A DNA stretch of 64,000 nt, taken from the NCBI RefSeq assembly GCF_006345805.1, contig NC_043000.1, positions 136,896,001 to 136,960,000 of the forward strand, read 5' to 3'. Shown piece by piece: positions 54,167 through 64,000 of the stretch. A program made the position numbers and the translations under genes. The DNA comes from Octopus sinensis. Lineage: Eukaryota. The notes below the pieces were generated by a model. That model saw only the letters and a list, made by a program, of their open reading frames with translations. It was not told the origin of the DNA and searched no databases. How positions within the stretch are numbered: the stretch's first letter is position 1; the number at the start of each line of letters is the position of its first letter.

Positions 54167-55021
54167 ATTTTATTTACCTCATTTGTATGTTGTTCCATGT
54201 TTAATATTTGATATTTAATGCTGGATAAGCAGTCATGGATAATACAATCCAGGCAAAGGTACAGTTGTGTAGTTATGAATTTCGTTTCGCATTCACTTGA
54301 TTGGAGCTTAATCTCATTGCCTTAGTATCTTTACCGTTCGACCTCTTTAATAAAAGGATATTAGCAGAACTAATATCCTCCTGTAAAGCAAACCCCTTTA
54401 TGAGAGAAGTTTGGTTAACGGAAACTTAAGCAGTATTAATCCGTAATTCAGTTTAACGCCATCACCTAACGTTTGAGCGCCTTTATCAAAGTTTACTCTG
54501 CTGTAAGTATTGGAGCCGCCTCAATGGTATAATGATAAATCCTTTACTTTCTGACATCAGTCTCGGAGACCCTGAAGAGCGTCATGTGCGCTGCTCTCTT
54601 CCTCTGATAAAACATTAAAAACAATGCAGAATCACAATAACTAATCTCAGTGCCAAATCTTTAACGTAGTGGCTGCTTATTCCAAATTCAATCCTGCCAT
54701 TCTCCCGCCCCTTTGTGTTTGCCAATCTAAAAGAAAAATTCTGTAAACTTGTGGCTGTTCTGTTTGAAATTTGCATTAATTCTCAACTAGGAAAGCTGAT
54801 ATAAACCCGGGTTAAACTCAGAACCACAAAGTGACCGACTAACCTGCTAAATAGAAAAACATTTCTCAAATCACAACCGCTCGTGTTATTGGATGATATT
54901 CCTAGATATACAAGGCTTACAAACAAGATGGGATGGCCACTCTTAGAATATTTTAACTCCTATTACCTTCTTAAAATGAATGACATATTGGATAATGCAG
55001 TCATAGATATACTACATATGA

Positions 55022-55254
55022 AGGCGGCGAGCTGGCAGAAACGTTAGCACGCCGGGCGAAATGCTTAGCGGTATTTTGTCTGCCGCTACGTTCTGAGTTC
55101 AAATTCCGCCGAGGTCGACTTTGCCTTTCATCCTTTCGGGGTCGATTAAATAAGCACCTGTTACGCACTGGGGCTATATGTAATCGACTTAATACCTATG
55201 TCTGTCCTTGTTTGTCCCCTCTATGTTTAGCCCCTTGTGGGTAGTAAAGAAATA
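55022..55254 (+). mobile_element. tRNA-derived SINE family B, full length, tail i
   Basis: Head ggcggcgagctggcagaaacgttagc, B-box-like gagttcaaattcc, central gcctttcatcctttcggggtcgat...aag(c/t)acc (Meta-domain-like, by recall); 16-bp TSD atagatatactacata at 55003-55018 and 55252-55267. Confidence 0.93.
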
Positions 55255-56406
55255 GATATACTACATAAGACGAAACGGTCAAGGTTGGACTGCTTCTCAT
55301 CGTAGGTCTGCTTCATCAGAGCTGACATGGGGCCAAATGACAATAGAGACAATGAGCTGATACAAACTTTAAAACACAGCACTATTTCTCAGTCACGGGA
55401 ATTACAAAACTAAATAATTTTAGATAAAAAGAAACACGTGTATTAAAACAAAGAAATTTACACAAAGAATAACAATATTAAATAAAGGAAAGGAAAGAAC
55501 AGTATAAAAAAGATTCGATTCGAATTTTTAGAACGACTAAGATTGTCTTTTTTTTGTTTTTGTTTTGTTTTGTTTGTTTTAGTTTTTTTTTTAATATGAT
55601 CTTAGAATTAAAATTCTGTCTTAAAGAGAAAACTGAAAACAATGCCAACATTTGTTTCGTTCACTGAGTGAGCTCCATTCCGATAAACATCACACGCATA
55701 CGCACTCCTCATTACACACACACGCACACACACCACACACCACACACAAACACACAAACACAACCACACACACACAACACACACACACACACACACAAAC
55801 AAACAAAAATACAAATAACAAAAAACACGAGTACTTGAAAACAGTCTGTCTGACTAATCTCGAGATTAAATTGATCCAATTAAATTCATTCTATCTTTTA
55901 ACTAATAAATGATTTTTCTGTTTTCTTGTTTTGTTTTGTTTATTTTATTAATTCCAAACCCACCCACCCTGCTCTCCTTTTCCACACCAGTTAAATTCCA
56001 TCTTGCACATAAACCACGGCATTTAATTCTGTTCTTGATTTTGTTGCTTCAACTACCATCAGAAATTTATCAAAATTACTCGTTTCTAAATTAACAAGGT
56101 ACAATCCGGGAAACGAGGAAACGGATTATAGTCTACTTTGGCAATAATTAGTCCGTAGGGAAATTTGTCGAAGAGTTCTTTTGCTTGAAACATAAGATTC
56201 TTCACCTGAAGCATTAGATTCTTCGCACCTCACGGCAATTGAGTTTATCGAATACATTTCTAAACTTAATTATTTCGTGTATTACTTGTTTGATTCTTAT
56301 CTTAACAATGCTAGAAAATTGTTAGACCCTGAGAATTATTTTACACGCTTAAGTGTACATAGCTTTTACAACTTTAAATTTAAATTATATTTCATAACAT
56401 GTTTGT

Positions 56407-56821
56407 TATTTCTTTACTGCCCACAAGGGACTATACACAGAGGAGACAAACAAGGACAGACAAACGGATTAAGTCGATTATATCGACCTCAGTGCGTAAC
56501 TGGTACTTATTTAATCGACCCCGAAAGGATGAAAGGCAAAGTCGACCTCGGCGGAATTTGAACTCGGAAAGTAGCGGCAGACGAAATACCTATTTCTTTA
56601 TTGCCCACAAGGGGCTAAACATAGAGGGGACAAACAAGGACAGACAAGCGGATTAAGTCGATTATATCGACCCCAGTGCGTAACTGGTACTTATTTAATC
56701 GACCCCGAAAGGATGAAAGGCAAATTCGACCTTGGCGGAATTTGAACTCAGAACGTAGCGGCAGACGAAATACTGCTAAGCATTTCGCCCGGCGTGCTAA
56801 CGTTTCTGCCAGCTCGCCGCC
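56407..56821 (-). mobile_element. Dimeric SINE family B
   Basis: Full unit 56591-56821 plus headless unit 56407-56590; single 22-bp TSD ttatattt(c/t)ataacatgtttgt at 56385-56406 and 56822-56843. Confidence 0.9.
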
Positions 56822-58595
56822 TTATATTTTATAACATGTTTGTATCTCTGTCTTAATGGCCATCAATATGGTTTCGTGAGAGCCAGTTCTACCTGTAGTT
56901 TCTCTACACTATGTACACATGTTGTGGCTTATTGTTCTATGTTCTTTGGTGAAAGCAATAGTGTTGTCTTTGAGACCAGCCACTCTTTATCCATCATCTG
57001 ACACGAAAATATCAAGGACCAAAGCCTGTTAGTTTCATCTTATCTCTTGGTGATGATGTTTTTTGACAGGCTGCAACATTTCAATGCAGTCAACCTCTCT
57101 CTCTCTCTCTACTTCTCTCTCTCCCCTACTCCCCTCTCATCCTCTCTCCTATTTCTCTTATCTGCTCTGTTGCGTTCAAAGTTTCGTTCATGTTTCCCAC
57201 ACTCTTCCTTCTATATTCTTATAGTCTGATTATCGTAATTTCTTATAAAGATTATTCTATTTATAATATCTCCTTAGTCCTCTTGACCCCAGAGCCGCCA
57301 AACAATTTTTTGGACGATATTCTTTCCTCGTAAGATTATAAAAAATAGTAAGATCTATTACATGTCGTCAAAAAGTAGGTTTTATTGCATACTCCCCGGT
57401 CAGCTGTAATCCAGAAGACCTATAAAAACGTTCTAGCCATTAAAATCCCGTTTCTCCCAGACAAAAGATATATTGTACTGCACCAAATGTGCCCTTCCAT
57501 TCTAAAGACTGTAGGTTAAGATTATCTTACTATTTCTAGTATCTTGGTTAAAAAATAGTATGCTAAATGTTATTTTATGTTGTGCAATCGTTATAAGTTT
57601 TGCCGTATTACTGTCGAAAATTTGTTAGCTGTGCCTAGTTTGTTTCTCTCTTATTAAGAACCGCTGCCCAGACTAAGAACCACAGTTTTATATTAACGGA
57701 ATGAAGGGATAAATATTTTAAGCATAAATTCGGTGAAAATTCGTTCAATAGAAGATAGAGATGCAAGTTAGTCTAGCCTTAGTCGAAATAGGTTCAACAT
57801 TTCCCAACTGGACAACAGGATTGGATGCCTCGTCTCTGCTGGAGCAAACTTTTTAGATTAGGTCTTGACGAATTGACCAAGTTATTACAATTAAAAGAAA
57901 TTAAAAGTTTTTTAAGCATAAATAATATTATTAGAAGACAACATCTTTTAATCTATGGTGTCGAAATATCATCGAAGTTAGAAGCCAATGTTTCGTACAA
58001 TGGAAGAATCGTTTTCAATATTTAAAAAAAAAAATTTAATTTATAACTATTATTTCAAATAAATGAGTAAAAAGGCTTTTGAAAATTTGCATTTTATCTT
58101 CGTTAGGGTTACAGCTACAGTAAGTAATTTGCTTGTACTACTTATAATATTACATTTAGTATAAAATTACAAGAATTATTTCTAATAGGGTTGCAGAACA
58201 AGTTCCAGAGCAAAATTGTATTATTTATCTATTATCTCCCATTTAGCAATTATATCGTAATGTCTTATCAGCTGCGCAATAGAAGGATCGAGTATGAACT
58301 ACAATCTGTCTGTGCTTAAGGAAACAGTTGATTTTAAATGCGGCTCTACTAATAAGGATGATTTTTCGTCGTCAATGCGTTCTTGATTTAAGCACCACAG
58401 TTCTAACTGCTAATTACATCCAAATGATGTACTTGATCAACCAAGACAACATAGCTGAAGTACAATTCCACATCTGTCTATCAGTCTGTCTGTCTGTGTG
58501 TCGGCCTACATGTTTTCCCGTGTATCAATCTCTTTCTTTTCCTCTCTCTATCTCTCTCCATCTATCTATCTATCTGTCTATCCATCCATCTGTCC

Positions 58596-58627
<32 letters not shown>

Positions 58628-58639
58628 GTTTGTCTGTCT

Positions 58640-59308
58640 GTTAATATCGTCACGCCTCCTTCCTTCAAACGGGAAGGAAGAGCTATTTTTATCATACTTG
58701 TGGCTATGGCGAAAGAATGTATCTGGTGGACGCGTCTGAAAGGATTAGAGACAAACACTTTCCTCTCTGGTCAATCTCTCATCAACTTCTTCAAGTATCA
58801 CTTGAAGAAAAAAGTGAGAGTAGAGAGGCAAGTTTTGTCTAGTGAATGTTTTAAAAAAGATGGGTGAATGTAGCAAGGATGGCACGTATGAATGACGAAG
58901 CCACCTTGACTATGATTCTATGAACCGTAAAAATTAATACAGAGAGTTGCTTATTTGCAAAAAAAAAAAAGAAATATAACATGTGACTTCATTGACCGAG
59001 GTTACCGTGGTCTTTTCCGTAGGCTTTTCTTCCACGGGTAAACCTCACCTGTCCTCCCCTTTACACTTCATATTGACATTTCTGTGATAACGATCCCTAT
59101 TGATCAATTTTTTTTCCTCTCCCCCTTTTTTTTATCCTCTTTCTCTCTTTTACGATCCCTTTTGACCGACCCCCCCTTTTTTATTTTATTTTATTTTTTA
59201 TTTTATTATTATTATTATTATTTTTTTTTTTTTTAAACCTTCAAAAGAAAAGCTCTACCTTGTAATTTGTTCTATCTGTGTGCAGCCCTGTGTGGCTAAT
59301 AAAGAAAC
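58640..59308 (+). mobile_element. L1/Tx1-clade LINE 3' end, copy 1
   Basis: VNIVTPPSFKREGRAIFIILVAMAKECIWWTRLKG...INFFKYHLKKKVRVERQ (AK..IW..R motif of L1/Tx1 ORF2 end), 3' UTR, then (ATCT)n; preceded by (ATCT/GTCT)n. Confidence 0.82.
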
Positions 59309-59309
59309 A

Positions 59310-59341
<32 letters not shown>

Positions 59342-59354
59342 CATCCATCCATCC

Positions 59355-59415
<61 letters not shown>

Positions 59416-59478
59416 CTCTATCTATCTATCTATCTATCTATCTTATCTATCTATCTATATCTATCTAATCTATCTATC

Positions 59479-59513
<35 letters not shown>

Positions 59514-59745
59514 GATCTTATCTATCTTATCTATCTATCTTATCATCTATTTATCTATCTATCTAATCTATCTATCTTATCTATCTATCTTATCTATTAT
59601 CTAATCTATATCTAATCTATCTATCTCTATCTATATTTATCTATATCTTATCTATCTATCTAATCTATCTATCTAATCTATCTATCTTATCTATCTATCT
59701 TATCTATCTATCTTATCTATCTATCTATCAACCCATCTATCTGTC
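59309..59745. repeat. (ATCT)n microsatellite, degenerate
   Basis: Read directly. Confidence 0.95.
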
Positions 59746-59746
59746 T

Positions 59747-60475
59747 ACACCGGACCGACTTGCTCGAGATGCGGTTAGAGCGACGAAACTGTTCTGCACG
59801 CACTCGTGCAGTGTCCATCCATTTCGGGCCTGTGGGCTTATGCCGAACGGCTGTTGACACGTGTGGGACGAGTCCGTCTGTCGGCCGAGTCTATCGTGAC
59901 AATTGCTCCGCCACCTTCCCTCAACCGGGAAGGCAAAGCAGTCTTCATCGTACTGGTGGTCATGGTGAAAGAATGTGTGTAGTGGACTCGAGCGAAAGGA
60001 TTAGAGAAAAACACTTACCTTTCTGGCTAATGGCTCATCAACTTTTTCAAGTACCACTTGAAAAGGGTGAGAATGGAGAGGCAGGTTTTGCCTCGTGAAA
60101 GTTTCATAAAAAGGTGGGTGAAGATGGAGCGTGCGAGTGACGAAACCACTTTGAGCATGATCCTGTAAATCGAAGAGAGAGAGAGAGAGAGCACTTTGCC
60201 TTCATGTTTTTATTCCCTCCCTGCCTGAGGTTACCGTGGTCTTTTCCGTAGGCTTTTCTTTCCACAGATAAACCTAATCTTGTTTCTTACATTTAAAAAA
60301 TTTTCTTCTGTGATACACGATCCCTTTTGATTGCCTTTGTTTTCCGCGACCCCTTTTGATTGAAATTTTACATTTTTCTCTTTTTTTTCCTTTTTCTTTT
60401 TCATTTTCGAAAAAAAAAGCTCTACATTTGTATTTTTCCCCTCTGTGTTCAGCCCTGTGTGGCCAATCAAGAAAG
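59747..60475 (+). mobile_element. L1/Tx1-clade LINE 3' end, copy 2
   Basis: TCSRCG*SDETVLHALVQCPSISGLW (zf-RVT-type C..C...ET..H....C), then sequence homologous to copy 1; followed by (ATCT/GTCT)n. Confidence 0.88.
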
Positions 60476-61052
60476 TTATCTGTCTGTCTATCTATCTATC
60501 TATCTACTTGTTATAATTCGTTTTCTGTTTTCTTCTTTCTTCCATTTCTTTCTCTCATTCCGCTTCTTCAATTTCTGTCATTTCTTCCTTCATTCTACGT
60601 AGGTCTCTCTGTTTATTATACGTATTATATGTATAGCTTATCTCTCAAACCCCAATAATCTCATACCCCTTTCTTTCTTCCTTTCCTTCTTTCTTTCCTT
60701 CCTTCTCTTTAATTAAAAATTCCTCTCATGTCATTTATAGATCATTAAAAGTAATTAATTTCATTAGTCATTGGGTATTTTAGAATAGTTTGTCATCGAA
60801 ATCATATTTCCTGCGTGTGTTCACCCCCATTACTGTGTATGTAGGTGTAATTGGACGTACATGTAGAAGTGTGTGTGTGTGTAAACTCAAATCACAGGAC
60901 GGTTTTTCTCACTCTGAATGACAAGATTGTGTCAACTCTTAATACAAATAAATATAAACTTTGTGAAACGTTGAATGATGTTATCTTTCGTTTGCACACA
61001 CACGTGCGAATGTCTTTATATATATATGTGTGTGTGAGAGTGTGTGATTGGT

Positions 61053-61083
<31 letters not shown>

Positions 61084-61092
61084 CACACATAC

Positions 61093-61165
61093 AGGGCTGG
61101 CTCAAGTACCGGCAACCGCCGGCAGTAGCCCAGGGCGCCATGTGCAGAGGGGCGCTAAGGAGGGC
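61093..61165 (+). mobile_element. Possible hAT-type DNA transposon terminus
   Basis: GC-rich CAGGGCTGGCTC...GCCCAGGGCGCC start resembling hAT non-autonomous ends; partner TIR not found. Confidence 0.4.
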
Positions 61166-61217
61166 TTGACAAACAGAAGGAAATTTATACGGACCGTCAG
61201 CGCGTACACGCCGAAGT

Positions 61218-61605
61218 TCAGCCTGCTTCTTAATCACATGGTTCTGAGTTCAATCCCACGGCGTGACACCTGGACAAGTGTCTTCTACTATAGCCTCCGG
61301 CCGACCAAATCCTTGTGAGTGAATTGGTGGACGAAAGCTGGAAGAAGCCGTCGTATATGTATATTTGGTGTGTGTGTGTGTGTGTGTGTATCTATGTGTA
61401 TGTCCTTATGTCTGTGTTTTCCCCACCATCATCACTTCACAACCAGCGTTGGTGTGTTTACATCCCCGTAAAATAGCGGTTCAGCCAAAACAGGCCGATA
61501 GAATAAGTACTAGGCTTAAGAAATAAGTCTGAGGTTGATTTGTTCGACTAAAACCCTTCAAGGCGGTGCTGTGCAAATGACGAAACAAGTAAAGGATAAA
61601 GAATA
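61218..61605 (+). mobile_element. SINE family A, diverged
   Basis: Aligns with 8155-8536. Confidence 0.82.
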
Positions 61606-61634
61606 ATATATACTTATATATATATATATATATA

Positions 61635-62020
61635 TTAGATATATATGCATATATGGGTACAGGAAGTCACTAATTTTGTAAACAACATGAAATACAAAAA
61701 CAAAACGAGTCAAATACGCAAACAACGAAAGAAAAATTGGAAAACAGGAAAGTAAACAGAGAACGGCCCTTCATCAGTTGTCGGTTATCTACTCCCCATA
61801 TCGAACATTCAGCGACAATATGAGTCTTCAAAGACAGTTGCTCCCATAAATTCTAAAATAAAATTTAGGATCTATGGAGGGTCAATGTTGAGAACAAAAA
61901 CAGATCAGTGGAGACATACACGGAAACCGAACGAAAACAAACATGGAGGGTTGTTAGACCAGAACGAGAGGGAAATAGTGAACTCGGGGAGAAATATTTT
62001 CTTTGAAAAGAGAAAGATAG
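61635..62020 (-). mobile_element. Probable Penelope-like terminal remnant
   Basis: Starts at (TA)n with tgcatatatgggtacagga, also seen at ~17263; minus strand has ctgatgaaggg at ~61767-61777. Confidence 0.4.
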
Positions 62021-62021
62021 A

Positions 62022-62437
62022 AAAGAGAGAAAACATCCAGTCCTTTGAACGTCCATGCAGGAAAAGCCTGATGATCACGTGAGGAAAAGAAAGATAATCA
62101 CATAGGAAAAGAAAGATAGACGATGATCATGTGTGAGCAACGAGAGAGAGAGAAAAAGAGAAAGAGAGAGAAAACATCCAGTCCTTTGAACGTCCATACA
62201 GGAAAAGCCTGATGATCACGTGAGGAAAAGAAAGATAATCACATAATAAAAGAAAGATGGACGATGATCATGTGTGAGCAACGAGAGAGAGAGAAAAAGA
62301 GAAAGAGAGAAAACAGCCAGTCCATACAGGAAAAGCTGATGATCACGTGAGGAAAAGAAAGATAATCACATAAGGAAAAGAAAGATGGACGATGATCATG
62401 TGTGAGCAACGAGAGAGAGAGAGAAAAAGAGAAAGAT
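62022..62437. repeat. Purine-rich tandem repeat, 3 units of ~140 bp
   Basis: aaagagagaaaaca(t/g)ccagtcc...ctgatgatcacgtgaggaaaagaaagataatcacata...gatgatcatgtgtgagcaacgag recurs at ~62022, ~62163 and ~62302. Confidence 0.92.
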
Positions 62438-62881
62438 AGGAGAGAGAGTGGCAGATAGATAGAAAACAGTGAAGGGGAGAAAAAGGGAATTAGAGAAGGA
62501 TCGAGGAAGAAAACATATATATAAAGCCTGCTGTTTTTTCAATTTGGAGCTCAAAAAGAGAAAATATTAGATAATACTTGACAGATTTAATACAATTTTT
62601 AATTAATTTGTGTTTTTTCAACAACTGTTAAGAACGTTATTAGCCGAGGGATATGTTGCTCTCTGACCACATCAACTCATGAGATGCGATGTGTCCTTTA
62701 TTAAGAAGGTTCGTTCATTTGTTTTGGTTTAACTAATTAAGAAGTAGGTACAGGTTCAGTCTAGAGAAAATTAATCTGACATGAAGTGGTATTTTGTAAA
62801 TAGATTTATTCACTCTCACTCACACAATCTCTGTTTGTCTACCTGCCTGTCTGTCTTTCTTTCTCCTCTTTGTATCTCCCC

Positions 62882-62922
<41 letters not shown>

Positions 62923-63587
62923 TCTCTCTGATTAAATGAATCATTGAAGGATTAATTTTTCATTATAATTTAGATGCAATTTTCATGAATATAAAATTAA
63001 CAATAAAATCACATACTTATGACTTTTGGGTCATTCTCAACACATACACGTTCGCACATACGTTTGTGCATGAAGCGGGGCTGGGTGTGTTGGCAGGTGC
63101 GCGTGCAATTAAAGTGTACCAATAAAAAGATAATGAACGGCACTTAATAGGTTCTTTGCATTGGATAGAGAATAGTTAGGACTTAATGTTTAATTATGGT
63201 CAAAATCCATATTTCTGTTTTTGGTTTAAATAAAGATTTTATGTAAAATAATTTTATAGAAAATGAGGATTATATTGATCAAGCAACACAATTAAGACAA
63301 CTATCAGGAAAAAAATAATAGTGATGACTGTAGCCATTAATCATCTGTTGAATAGCTGTTTTGAGGTTCTTTCTTTCTGTCTTTCTTTTTGTCGTTTCTT
63401 TCCTTCTTTTTGTTTTCCTATTCTTTCTACCTTTTCTTAAATTTGACCTTTTGCTCAAGTCCCCAAATTAATTTACAGGAAATAGTTAAAGTTATGACTA
63501 TTGTATGGATAGAATTCGATCGACATTCTTACAACATATATAAGGATTGCATTATAATTTCAATACGTATTTAGTGTGTCTATTTCT

Positions 63588-63676
<89 letters not shown>

Positions 63677-63678
63677 AT

Positions 63679-63840
63679 GTCCTGGATATGAATTTAAACT
63701 GCGTCCAGCGGAGGGGGTCTGGTTCAGAACTTCCAGGGTTTTGAAGAGTGTGGAACCACCTCTTTGCCACAATTGTTCTGACCCGGAGTACTAGCACCTG
63801 TCTGGGTCCCAGCTATGAATTAACAAGTATATGATCGACG
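63679..63840 (+). repeat. Dispersed repeat F
   Basis: Homologous to 37609-37760. Confidence 0.6.
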
Positions 63841-64000
63841 GAACATAGAAATTCTCGGGTTGGTGTCTGAGAGTGCTATAAGTTCACTGGGAATGAGGAA
63901 TCCCCGGTCTTCGCTAAGGCATCCTTTAAAAACCCTGCTCTATTCAGCCGGATATCCTGCATCTTGCTTGTCTCTGGGCTTCTTGGTTTTGCTAGCGGAA

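Noticed and set aside
54355-54379. 10-bp perfect hairpin aggatattag-cagaa-ctaatatcct
   Set aside because: Short, AT-rich and isolated; could arise by chance.

Overview
AT-rich, repeat-saturated eukaryotic genomic DNA. The repeat repertoire (tRNA-derived SINEs with internal microsatellites, RTE/CR1/R4/Tx1-type LINE remnants, Penelope-like remnants, non-autonomous Helitrons, mariner/maT/pogo elements, very long (TA)n, (GATA)n, (GAA)n, (CATA)n tracts) is what I recognise from octopus/cephalopod genomes; the organism call is an inference. I found no intact host protein-coding gene. Almost all ORFs in the track are microsatellite read-throughs or broken transposon frames, and a few small exon-like segments are low-confidence. 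The most interesting signals: (1) one SINE family ends in the same ~50-nt 3' tail and stem-loop as an L1/Tx1-clade LINE found in this window, suggesting a SINE-LINE partnership; (2) several unrelated retroelements each sit in their own microsatellite type; (3) at least four local inverted duplications, three of them copying a TE end plus its flank; (4) Penelope-type minimal hammerhead-like motifs; (5) a central ~39-kb zone that looks CpG-poor between CpG-retaining flanks. SINE family labels A-D and repeat labels E-G are my own. Coordinates were read by eye and may be off by a few bases.
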